From Chiloscyllium plagiosum (Eukaryota), in contig NC_057719.1 of the NCBI RefSeq assembly GCF_004010195.1, positions 46,918,470 through 46,982,469 of the forward strand: a stretch of DNA of 64,000 bases. The letters are read 5' to 3'. The notes under the pieces were generated by a model, which had not been told where the DNA came from, made no database searches, and was given only the letters and a program-made list of their open reading frames with translations. A program made the position numbers and the translations under genes. Positions 1 through 12,074 of this stretch are shown piece by piece (the first letter of the stretch is position 1; each line of letters opens with the position of its first letter).

Positions 1-2320
1 CTGGCCCCAAAGTGCTCCCCCACTGACACCTCAGTCACCTGCCCTGCCTTATTTCCCAAGAGTACGTCAAGTTTTGTACCTTCTCTAGTAGGTACATCCA
101 CATACTGAATCAGAAAATTGTCTTGTACACACTTAAGAAATTCCTCTCCATCTAAACCTTTAACACTATGGCAATCCCAGTCAATGTTTGGAAAGTTAAA
201 ATCCACTACCATAACCACCCTATTATTCTTACAGATAACTGAGATCTCCTTACAAGTTTGTTTCTCAATTTCCCTCGGACTATTGGGGGATCTATAATAC
301 AATCCCAATAAGGTGATCATCCCTTTCTTATTACTCAGTTCCACCCAAATAACTTCCCTGGAAGTATTTCCAGGAATATCCTCCCTAAGTACAGCTGTAA
401 TGCTATCTCTTATCAAATATGCCACTCCCCCTCCTCTTTTGCCTCCCTTTCTATCCTTCCTGTAACATTTGTATCCTGGAAAATTAAGGTGCCAGTCCTG
501 CCCATCACTGAGCCATGTTTCCGTAATTGCTATGATATCCCAGTTCCATGTTCCAAACCATGCCCTGAGTTAATCTGTCTTCCCTGTTAGGCCCCTTGCA
601 TTGAAATAACTGCAGTTTAATTTATTAATCCTACCTTGTCTCTGCCTGCACTGACAGTTTGACTCACTTCTGTTCTCAGCTGTACCCGTCTCAGATCGAT
701 CTCTTTCTTCACTATCTCCCTGGGTCCCACCCCTCCCCACCTTGCTAGTTTAAATCCTCCCAGCAGTTCTAGCAAATTTCCCTACCAGTATAGTAGTCCC
801 CTTCCAATTTAGGTGCAATCCGTCCTTCTTGTACAGGTCACTTCTACCCCAAAAGTGATTCCTTTGATCCAAAAATGTGAAACCTTCTCCCATACACTAG
901 CTCCTCAGCCATGCATTCATCTGATCTATCTTCCTATTCCTGCCCTCACTAGCATGTAGCACTGGGAGTAATCCAGATATTACTACCCTTGAGGACCTCC
1001 TTTTTAAATTTCTGCCTAACTCTCTGTAATCTCCCTTCAGAGTCTCAACCTTTTCTTTTCCAATGTCGTTGGTTCCAATTTAGACAATGACATCCTGCTG
1101 GCCCCTCTCCCCCGTGAGAACATTCTGCACCCTCTCTGAGACATCCTTGATCCTGGCACCAGGGAAACAACACACCATTCTGCTTTTTCTCTGCTGGCCA
1201 CAGAAACATCTGTCTGTACCTCTGACTACAGAACCCCCTAACACAATTGATCTCTTGGAAGCCGACATACCCCCCGTTGCATTAGATCCAGTCTCAATAC
1301 CAGAAACTTGGCATACCCCCCGTTGCATTAGATCCAGTCTCAATACCAGAAACTTGGCTGTGCGTGCCAAGTTCCCCTGAGAATCCATCACCCCCTACAT
1401 TTTCCAAAACAGCATACCTGTTTGAAATGGGTATAGCCACAAAAGACTCCTGCTCTAGCTGCCTACCTCTCTTACCCTTCCTGGAGTTAACCCATCTATG
1501 TGACTGTATCTGAGACTTTCCCCCCTTCCTATAACCGCCATCCATCACAAATTATTGCTGTTGCAAATTCATCATCACTCCTATCTGTCTCTCCAACTGA
1601 TCCACTCGATCTGATAAGATTCACAGCCAACGGCATTTATGGCAGATATAATCCGCAGTAACCCTTAAACTCTCTTTAAACTCCCACATCTGACAAGCAG
1701 TACATATCACTATAAAGGCCATTTTTGCTCCTTCACAATCTACAGACCCAGAAAATAACACCATCTTATTCCTCTACAAAACACTGCACCAGGTTAAATT
1801 AATAGCTATGGCTAATATTTTAAGTTTAATCAAGAGACCTATCTCCAAAAACATAAAATCAAGAAAGAATCCACTATACTCACTACTGCAGCCTTTCTCT
1901 TGGACAGACTTAAAACAACAATTAACTTATCTGATTCTGTGATGTGAATTTCGCCCAACAGTTCCTCCAAGATTAGTTGAGAATTTCACTGTTGGTTAAT
2001 TTTCCCAGATGCACCCCGATGTCCAGCGATACACGAATTCAAACAGAAAGGCGGTAACTGTGCAGGTTTTCTTTCTCTCTCTCTCTCTCCTGCACTGTCC
2101 TCACCATGTGCTTCCTTTGTCTGCTCTTCTCCCTTTTAAACTGCTGTTGTCTTGACTTTTTTTTCCTAAGTTCCAAAACAGTGCAACAGTATATAAAAAC
2201 AGTAATTGCTGCTCCTGGAATTCGAGGAAATCACCTCCAACACCTAAAATATCTCCAAAACAGGAGCAGCTCTTATAGCCAGAAATTTTTCCCGTCCTCC
2301 ATCTTGGATTACCCAGAATG
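1..2320 (-). mobile_element. CR1-clade LINE, 5' part: 5'UTR, decayed ORF1 (Zn-finger + SGNH esterase-like) and start of ORF2 endonuclease; continues off the left edge
   Basis: Minus-strand translation SIVLGGSVVRGTDRCFCG...SRMVCCFPGARIKDVSERV matches the esterase-type CR1 ORF1. Bases 1-340 closely resemble the endonuclease region of the CR1 copies at ~39935-40265 and ~51530-51855. Confidence 0.85.
1266..1357. repeat. Perfect 46-bp tandem duplication inside CR1 ORF1 (frameshifting)
   Basis: cataccccccgttgcattagatccagtctcaataccagaaacttgg occurs at 1266-1311 and 1312-1357. Confidence 0.95.
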
Positions 2321-2334
2321 CAGTCTCGATACCA

Positions 2335-2960
2335 TACACTTGGTTGTTCATGCTACATTCCCTGAGAGTCCATCACCCCCTACATTTTCCAAACAGCACA
2401 CTTATTTGAAATAGGGATAGCCAAAGAAGACTCCTGCACTACCTGCCTACCTCTATAGTAACTTTTCTGGAGTTAGCCCATCTACCTGACTGTATCTGTG
2501 GCTTTTCTTCATTCCTATACCTGCCACCTATCGCATCCCCTTAGTTCATATAAATTCCTCATTGCCTCTAACTGCCCTTCCAACCGATCCATGTGATATG
2601 ATAGGATTCACAACCAAAGAAACTTCCTGCAGACATATTCATCAGTAACATGGAAACTCCCCCTATACTCCCATATCTAACAGGAAGAGTACAGCACTCT
2701 GGTAAAGACTATCTACACTCCTTCACAATCTACAGACCCAGAAAATAGCATCATCTTATTGCTCTAAAAGAAAGTGCTCCAGGCTAAGTTAGTACTCGTG
2801 GTTTATATTTTTAAAATCTAACTAAAACATATAATCAAGAAAGAACCTACTCTACTCACTACTGTAGACTTACAGCAGGGTTACATGTTAAAAGCTATGC
2901 ATTTATCTGTTCCTCTGCTGTGAGCTCTCCCACACACGTTCCTCCAAGGTGAATTTCGCA
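2335..2960 (-). mobile_element. Second, more diverged CR1 5'/ORF1 fragment
   Basis: Collinear similarity to ~1370-1990 (e.g. ccatcaccccctacattttccaaa; cttcacaatctacagacccagaaaata). Confidence 0.75.
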
Positions 2961-3854
2961 GAAGTAGGCCATTCAGCCCATCCACAGGCTGTACCGTGGA
3001 AGTAATTGATGGAAGTAATTTGCACTGGCTGGCTGACAGCCCTGGCAAAGTGGCAGGGAGATTCAAGACTACAAATTAATGCTCCATGGAGCCCTATCAC
3101 CTTTCCCCTCACATATTCCAGTAACCTATTGGTGTCCAGTGAACTAGATAATCACACATTTTAGAAACTATATAACAAAGAGCGTTACAAATGAATAATC
3201 TTGTTTTTATTGAAGGCTGAGATGAAACAATGTTACAGAATGGGAAGACGTAAACTTTACATGACAGAATCTCAAGTCTTTGTCAAGCAAGTTTCAAACA
3301 TTTTGTTTTATGTGCAGCCAAAAAAGCAGTATTTATGTTTGTCATGAATTTGTTTGGTGATTGTCCTGTTAAAATTTAGTTGAAATATAATGGAATTTAA
3401 AAGCAGCTACAGGCAGACCAATTAATCATGCCTCATCAAGTCCTGATCCATACAGTTGTTGTAGAACAAACTTGCTTCATAATTTTAGCATAAAACCCAC
3501 AGATGCTGGGGATGTTGAGTATTTCCAAACTTGCCTCTTATAATTTCAAATTTCCACCATCTTCAGGATCTTGCTGGGAAAGAAAACTTATTTGGTACAT
3601 CATGGTGGGAACATGAGATTACCTCAAAGACATAGAGATCAATGGATCCAAAGTGATATAAGATGACATAAGAATTGTGATTTTTTTTCTCATTATTTAA
3701 CTTTGTTTCATTGACTATTCAGATGTCTTTAAATTGTCTAAGCTTTCCTTTACATCTTAGTTGTTTCTGATAATAAGATCTCAAACGACTTGGAAATGGG
3801 AGAGATGCTGTTTTAAACTCCATTTGTTTAGCATACAAAATCTAACGTAATGTG

Positions 3855-4680
3855 ATACATTTCCAAGTTAGGATGGCGAGTGGCTTGGAGGGGAACTTGC
3901 ACGTGATTGTGTTCCCACATATCTGCTACCCTTATCCTTCTAGATGGCAGCAGTTTTGAATTTGGAAGGTGCTGCCTAAGGATTTTTAGTGAATTGCTGC
4001 AGTGCATCTTTGTAGACAGTAGAAGCAGTGTGTAAAGAGTATCAGTGGGAGCAGGACTGGTTGTTTTGGATGTGGTGACAATCAAGTGGGCTGCTTTGGC
4101 CTGGATGGTGTCAAGCTTTTTGAGTATTGGTTAAGCTGCCCCTACGCATGCAAGCACAGAATATTCCATCACATTTCTGGTTAGTGTAGATGATGCCCAG
4201 GCTTTGGGGAGTCAAGAGGTGAAGTATTCATTGCAGAAACCTGCTCTTGTAGCCATTGTGTTTATGTGGCAAATCCAGTTGAATTTCTGGTCAGGATTAA
4301 CACCAAGAATGTTGATAGTGGGGAATTCAGTGATGGTAACACCATTGAATGTTAAGGGGCCATAGTTAGATTATCTCTTATTGGGGTGGGTCATTGCCTG
4401 CAATAGGTGTGGCACAAATGTTACTTCCAATTTATCATCCCAAGCCTGGATATTTTCCACATCTTGTTGCATTTGAACATGGACTGCTTCAATATCTGAG
4501 GAATCACGAATGGTGCTGAACATTGCACAATCAGCATTGAACATCTTCACTTCTGACCTTACGATAGAGGGAAGGTCACTGACGAAGCAGTTGGGCCTAG
4601 AACACTACCCTGAGGAATTTCTGCAGTGATGCCCTGGGGTTGAGATGTTGGACCTCCAACAACCATAAATCATCTTCCTC
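3855..4680 (-). mobile_element. Decayed L2/CR1-group LINE RT fragment (same family as 25125-28260)
   Basis: Minus strand near 4570-4630 reads IPQGSVLGP (RT motif). The sequence is shared with ~25130-25310. Confidence 0.7.
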
Positions 4681-7600
4681 TAAAGATGTGTCTGCCTACC
4701 ACACATGGATTGCAGCAACTCAGGAAGGCAGCATGCCACCACTTTCTCAAGGTCAGCTATGATCAGGCAATGCCCACATCCCACAAGTGAATTAGAAAAA
4801 CAAAACGGAAACTGACGGTTGTAGTGCAATAGTATGTTCGTTGAAATTAACATACTCAGCAGACACTTGTGATCTAAGTAGGACACTCTAGGCTGACTGA
4901 CTGTGCAGATCGATTGTTCCCATTCCTGATGCCCTGATGTTTCTTGATAATATTTTTTCAACCACTTTTAGTTATTTGGTAAATAATAATTCCCTTGACA
5001 TGAGACTGCCCTCTTAAAAAGGAACACTGCTATTTTTAAACTTGACTTTCATGTCAGAGACAATTTTGTAAAAAAGAATATTCAAATAAATTTACAGCTG
5101 GATAATTTCAATGGAACTGAATATAATGCTGAAATATCCTTAAGAATGGCAACACTTGATTATGAACATCATTATGTACCAGTAAAGAAATACACTAGCA
5201 GTCAGTCCACATAAACAGTTTCACTGAGTCATAGCAAGGTAGTGATCTAACCATTCAGTTCAATTAAAATTGAGTTGTTACCTAAGTGGGACCCACTGTG
5301 AGCACCTTATGATTGCAGAATGGAATCTGGTGCAAGTTAAAGGATGGCAGCCAAAGATCTGATGACCTCAGGTTTATGGAGGGTAGGATCTGGGCAGCCA
5401 GGAGTGCATCAGAAGAGGCAGGTTTGGAGGTAACAGACAGAACAAACTTTTTTCCAGTAACTTTTTCCTTTTACAATATCAAGTAGTTATAATGAACAGT
5501 CTTTTTTTTTGGCATCACAGTTCATCATTCTCCAATATTAATTATTTTCATTGCCATGATGGAAGAATAGCCATTTTCATCAAAGAAAATTGGAGAAAAG
5601 TATTTACTTTCATTTCAACAAAGTATCAGATTATCCAAGGATGTATTACAAATGGAGGGTTTGGTTTCCTGGCTGACAGTATAAATCTATGAAGAACTAT
5701 GTTCATGTCTGAAATTTACTGCCAGCCATCCACTATTTCTACATAATGTTTTAAGAGGAAAGAAGTGTCAAAAGACAAACGGCGCTTATTTTTTTTAAAT
5801 GGCTCATTTATTTACTGACTCATAAATATGCATGTCATCAATTCACACACATACTTTCTGAATCCATTTTTTACCAAAACAAATAATTGCAGGCATTTAT
5901 AATCAATCATGTGGATTTGGATTTACCAAATTAGAACTTTTTAAATAGCGACTACAAAAGTAAACATTTGATAGGTAATGGTAATAATTTTTTCTGTCGA
6001 TAAAGTATGTATCATTGGTGGTGCTCCATGAGAAATCACTGGAAATTACCTTCTCTTAAGATTTTGTAAGTTATCTCAAAAGCAAAGTGCTAACAAATTA
6101 ATTCAGGTAGAGAATTTTGTGAAAACATAGCAGAGGGGATCTTTACACTGAAGGCTAATGAAAACCAATCTCAATGTACCTCTGTGCAGACAGCTGCTTC
6201 CAGATAATGAGAATATGTTCATGAATAATTGTGGTCACACATACATCTTGTACTACCATTTCATTGCAACTGTCAATCTCTTAACTTGTATCAGCAGTAT
6301 GATATCACATTACTAAAACTTAAATATTCAGCACAGGAGAAATCTGGGGCATGCGTTTATAAGAAAATGCAATGCTCCACTTGAATAGTTAAAATTTCAA
6401 ACAGAGCAGCAAGATTGAGGAGTCAGGATCAACTGATTATTTAAATTTATTGTAGGTAGTTTTGAAATGTGCCCCAATACTCCAAGGTACCTTCAAGCCA
6501 GTTTTACTGCCGATGTGAGGTTTAACTCCTAACTTGAAAGTTACTGGCTCACCACAATTAAAGTACATTGCTAACCTTTGAAATAAAATTGTAAGACCTG
6601 ATGTTAAATGGGAAAAAAAGGACTAATTTATAGTAGGAATATGATACTTTCCATCAAAAGGAAGAATTAAATGAAATTGTTGATATTTGAATGCATTCAT
6701 TACCCAGATTTCTCAACTTTAAAATCTGCAAAGTCTCACATGGAGTCCGATAAAATACATCTCTCATTTTTGTATGCCAATACACTTTCACCTTCACTAC
6801 CATTATCCTTTGAACTAAATTCAAAACCAAACCATACTTTTGTGTACAAAACAGGAGCTTATTATTTCATGGTATTGAAACTCAATCAAGAATACGGCAA
6901 ATTAAAGCATTTGATTGATTTTTCTTTAGAGTTTGATGGCAGCACAGAAGGGAATCCAAGTGGGTTCCGAGTTTCTCTGCTTCAATGCAGCTCATGAATT
7001 CTTTATTGGAAATGTAGCAGTTTTACAAGGCTGCTCTTGTTTGTGTTTGAATGAAGTCCCAATTTTAGAATGACTTCCACATTGTACAATGCGAAACTGA
7101 TTTGTTGTTTATCATTTATTAATTATGCAAAGTAACTTATACCTGATAACTGTCACACATCAAAAGTAAGTTTAGTCTCAATGTGCCCTTGCAAGACAAA
7201 ACTGAGCATCTACCGTTTAGTAAAACAAATATTTTCCCGCAAAAGCCTACTGTGACAGTTCATGGTAAGTTTGAGATAAACCAGCTTTCTACATGTTGGA
7301 GCCTGTTGAGTGGAATAGATTGGAACAAAGGAGCGATTTTGAAACTGAAGTGATTTAACAAAATAATGATTCGATTTGGGTGTACATACTTCTGTAAGTA
7401 AGACTTAAAGAATACGAGATATATTTTAACCAAGATTAAAGTTGAAATACAGAAGTGTAATGTTACAATCAGTTACATAGCTTCAAACGTTTGCTTATGG
7501 CGCTAAGAAGTCTAGAGAGGTATGCACATATGCAGGAAGGCTGTCGCTTCATTTCCTGAAGCGTTTTAATAAATGTGTACTTGATTTCCATGTAGCTGGA

Positions 7601-10057
7601 AGAATTGAGTGTTGGAGTAATGAACTAGCAGACAATTACCGTTCCAGATTTGGTAATGGCAGGGCGATGTTATCTGAATGAAGCCTATCAGTTGAAATGT
7701 CTGTAATTGCGCTGTCAAACAGCTGAAGAGCACTCCCCTTTCAGCTTATGGCCACTTCAAAATGAAATTCTTTCTTCGGCTTGGTTCTGCCCGATATGCA
7801 AGCGTCAAAGAGAAGGCAAGCAGATCGCCGCCTCGGGCCAATCGCCTTTCTAAGAGATAGTCCAGGTACAGCCATTGTTGGGAAGAAGGGAGAACTGATT
7901 TCCTTTGCGGTCAGTTTGGAAGCTCCGAACAAAAAGGCACGGCCACTGGGAGACGGTGAGTTTGAGTGAGAGGTTTTCTTGTGTTGGAACTATCACAGGA
8001 GGCTGAGATCTGGGGAGGCGTTGCTAACTCGGCAGCAGTGTGGCAGACTGGGTGTTCCTGCTGCTCTCATTCAGTGAAGCGGCACCTTCTGGATGCTTTC
8101 TGATTGTTTTGGACAAGATGATGGATATAATTGGATCAATATGGAGCCGGGGCACCAAGGAAATGGGGGCAAGTTTCAAGGATACCATTACATGAGAATC
8201 AAAGCGCTTCTATAAAATACAACGGAATTTTCCCTCAATCATTCCTTTTCTGAATCTAGTGAGAATAATTTCGCTCCTTTTCAAAAAAAAAACAAAATTC
8301 TGGACAGAAACATAAGGAAACAAAATGGATATATGCAACAGTAGCAGTTCTGCGGAATGACTTCAATCACGGGTTTGAATCCAAATGTAACATTTACTAT
8401 CCAGCCATCAGAAGGATTGTCTTTACAGATATTCCAGAGGGGTTCAACTCCAAATAGAAATGATTCGTCTATTAACTAAATATTTATAATTCACAGATAA
8501 AACGCACAGGCAAACGCTGAAGATAAAAATCAGGATGAATTCGAAATAGGAGCAGGCGCCTTGCCTTCCTCATATGGAGTTTTGGTGTAAACTCAGTCTC
8601 AGCCTGCGAGCGTGTACCTGACCAAACCAACTCGGCATTTACATCGTCTCCTGCCTCCATTTTTGTTCAACAAAGGCTAACATTTGAATTCCTCTTAAAC
8701 ACAACAGTAGCATGTATAATAACTTCAAATGCGAATATTACATTTTTTTAAAAGAAAATGTCGACGCGTAATTCCGATGCCACGTGACAAAAGCAGTGTA
8801 AAGGAATAAACTTGACATACAATTCGATACTGTTTGTAGTCATTTAAAAAAAAGGACAAAGTCACTTGTGTGGAGCGACCCAAGGCAGACCAGACCACTT
8901 AAGGGCTGGAATACATTCCTAAATATTTCAGACATGAAAGTCGCTTTCCCCCCCGCCCCCCCTCCCCCACCATGGTATACAGTTTAGGAGATATGATGTG
9001 GAACGAAAACAAATGTTTCCTGAGGGAATGCAATCATCAGATCCTTTTTAAAGATTTATCCAAGTTGGCCACAGTTGAAAACTAACAGGGCCGTGAGTAA
9101 ATTGCGGAGCACGGCTGAGTTTTGCCTGAGGGCCTGATCCGCTTTCTCCACCTGCACACTCCAGGGAGCACAGGCTGAGGCAACTCTTGCAGCTTTCCTC
9201 TGGAGTTTGCAAGCCAGCTAGACCCTTTTTGGGCCTAAGCAGTCTGCATTTCAACATCTCCAAAAAATTAAGGCTGCATGCAGCCTTGATTAACATCTGC
9301 TAACCCTCCCGCTACCTTCCTCCCATTCGTTTGACAATGATTTGCTGGAAGGCAAACCCTTTTTTTTATTTGGAGGGGGATGGGCTGGGGAAGAGGAGGG
9401 CACAGATGAAAGGAGAAACACTGTAATACAGTAACCCCTGGTGACAACTATATTCTCACTAAAAAGAGATTTCAGCAAATTAAAGTTTAATCACGAGAGA
9501 AATTTGACAAGTGTTAGTTTAAGGTACACTGTTAATTGGAATCTGACTTCTGGTTTGGCGCAAGGAGCTGTTTGATCTGCGTCAAGGTGTTCCTGCCACA
9601 GGGTCTGAAATGCCAGGGACATGAAAGACAAAACAGGTCTGAAAACAGTAAAGGAGATCCAGCCTTTTTACTGCATCTTTTGCAAGACCACCCTGTCCTT
9701 CCCAGCTATTCACTGTCCAATAATTACCCAGCGAACCAAAGAGACCCATATACAGCCATTAGCATAAGGACCGGGTTTGTTGACATTTTTCATGTATGCT
9801 AGTCTCCGTTCACACCTTTTTTAAAAAAATAACAATCAGCTTCCCAATAAAGGCACGACAATACTTAAAGCGTTTCCTCTGAGAGAACTCAGTTTTAGAT
9901 AGGTAATTCTGCAAACACTTCCACACTGTGAACTGAACTGCAAAAAGGTGAAAAATAATAAATAGTACACTTCATGAACATTTATGAACATTTTTTCTAT
10001 ATTCCAATTTAAACATATACATTCTAATATACAGTTAACAAAGACGTTGTACAGAAA

Positions 10058-10245
10058 TTTATTTTACGTTTAAAATATGACTCATTTTTATTTTCCTTTT
10101 ATATGTAGTTATAAATATATTTTGTCAAAATATATGATCATATGGTCAACATTTGCACATAAGTCATAAATAATGTAATGGTGAACGCTGTTATGAATAG
10201 TGTCCAGACAATTTTTTTAAAAAAATGATCAATTCTTATTATTTC
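10058..10245 (-). other. BMP4: BMP4 3'UTR with tandem AATAAA polyadenylation signals (10087-10092 and 10058-10063)
   Basis: Follows the TGA stop. Two AATAAA hexamers on the minus strand are followed by U/GU-rich sequence. The AU-rich block ttatttatgac...gtgcaaatgttgaccatatgatcatatattttgacaaaatatatttataactac...aaaataaaaatgagtcat resembles the mammalian BMP4 3'UTR as I recall it. Confidence 0.85.
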
Positions 10246-11075
10246 TCAGCGGCACCCACATCCCTCTACAACCATTTCCTGATAGTTTTTCAGAACAACT
10301 TTATCGTATTCGTCCAAGTAGAGCATTGAGATGGGACTGAGTTCCGTCGGGACACAGCAAGCTTTAGGGATGTTGGCATTGACAGAATTGACCAGGGTCT
10401 GCACGATGGCGTGGTTGGTAGAGTTTAGATGGTCCGCCAGTGGGAACGGGCAGTCCCCGTGACAGTAAAAAGCTTGGTAACCAGGGGGTGCCACTATCCA
10501 GTCGTTCCAGCCCACATCGCTGAAATCCACATAGAGAGAGTGCCTCCTGCAGTGCGATTTGTTTTTCTTACGCCTCTGGCCCTTGCTGCTCCGTTTCACC
10601 CTCCGGGTTAGAGCGTGTCCCTTGCCATCGTGGCTGAACGTTACAAGCAAGGGCCTGAGCTGCGACCAGTCGCCATGCCTCTGCTGCAGTGACCGGCGCA
10701 TCCGGACGTGTTGACTCTTTGACCCGTTCAAGTGGGTGACCTCCACGGCCAGCCCGTGGTTGGGCTGCTTTTGCATGGTCCATCTGAGTACCGCCGGACT
10801 CACATCGAAGCTCTCCCACCGTGTCCTGTTCTGGTGGACCAGCCTGGTGTCTAAGAGCCTGGTGATCAGCTCGCCCTTCTCGCTCGGGGCTCTCATGATC
10901 TCGTACACGTTGATACGGTGGAGTCCGTCGGCCCGGTCCCACACGCTGTCGATTCGCTCCCGGAAAAGCCGCAGCTCTGCGGAAGACAGCACCTCGTTCT
11001 CAGGCACCACGCTGATATTAAACACGAAGCGGAGCTGCGAGTCTTCTCTCTGCCCTGGCATCAGCTCCAAGTGTT
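10246..11075 (-). CDS. BMP4: BMP4 last coding exon (C-terminal prodomain and mature TGF-beta domain)
   Basis: Acceptor aacag at 11080-11076, phase 1. Encodes (E)HLELMPGQ...RVKR/SSK...[57 protein letters not shown]...KACCVPTEL...[12 protein letters not shown]. Has the 7-Cys knot, and YQEMVV/GDCPFPL fit BMP4 rather than BMP2. Confidence 0.98.
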
Positions 11076-11722
11076 CTGTTACGCAACAGAAAGGAAAGAC
11101 AACCCTTAAAAATCTCGATTCGCCCACGGAAAATTAAAATGGCTCGGGACCAAAATAAGATACCCGTAATTTAATCAAAATATACAGCCTGAGAGCAGAC
11201 CGACTAAGAGACTTTTACAAAACATGCGCTCGACCTAAACAACAAAAGCTGCTGGGGAGAGGGAAATTAATGCTACCGACTGTCTCCCTGCTAAACACTA
11301 ACTGCGAATGACGGCTGTCTTCAGAAAACATTCCTGTTACCTGCCAGAAATCCCCTTTCCAACAACCCCCACCCCCCCCCCCCCCCCCCAATAATTACCG
11401 GGCCATGAATTCTAACCGGTGTCGCCTAAAACTCCATATAGATACTGCAGCCATCAATTGATGTCAAATAAGCTTTTAATTTAAACATTATAATATACAT
11501 AATCCACGTTTTAAAATTACATACATGGTGTCCTAAAAAAAACACAGGAACAAACAGTGGCTCCCGTCGCTCTAACAGAAACTCAACGCAAGGCGATAAA
11601 TTGCTTATGCATACAGCTTAATCTCCCGCCACGGTCTGTTAGTATTGATCCAGCTATCATTACTGCCTCTAATCAATACAATCAGCTTCATGTTTCTGGG
11701 ACAGTGATTGCAAGTCCAGTAC

Positions 11723-12074
11723 CTTCATGGTGAAAGCTCCTCACGGTGTTGGCCCGGCTTGTGGATCTCTCAGGATATTCGAAACTAATGTCGTGAGTGA
11801 CCTCGTCCCCGGACTGCAGCCTGTACAGATCCAGCATGTACTGGGGGACGACAGCGGACTTACTGGGCTGTGGGCGCCGTTGCAGTCCGAACATGTTGAG
11901 TAAAGTGGCCTCAAATTCCCGTAGCAGTTCATGGTTTTGCGGAGAGCGACGTCCACCCGCCTGGCTTTGCTCAGCAAACTTTTTCCTCCCTTCCTCTGGT
12001 ATCAGACTAGCATTACCTCCCAGTAAGACCTGGCATAATAAAATTACCATCAGCATTCGGTTACCAGGAATCAT
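11723..12074 (-). CDS. BMP4: BMP4 first coding exon (signal peptide and N-terminal prodomain)
   Basis: ATG at 12074 in context gacacc[23 protein letters not shown] is the diagnostic BMP4 N-terminus, and the exon ends [11 protein letters not shown]. Acceptor ccacag lies just before 12081 (7 nt of UTR); donor G|gtact at 11722. 352+830 nt = 394 codons, giving 393 aa in a continuous frame. Confidence 0.98.

Noticed and set aside
10329..10340. TELSPISML instead of the usual TELSAISML in the mature domain
   Set aside because: Pro at this position occurs in other BMP/GDF ligands, so it is likely a tolerated substitution and does not change the BMP4 call.
10246..11127. ORF-track N-terminus [17 protein letters not shown], and the extensions of ORF 11688-12107
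   Set aside because: These are intronic read-through. The splice sites at 11075, 11723 and 12081 give the canonical BMP4 frame.
11366..11389. Poly-C tract (G-run on the transcribed strand) in the last intron
   Set aside because: A simple homopolymer. It could form a G-quadruplex, but nothing supports function and its length is error-prone.
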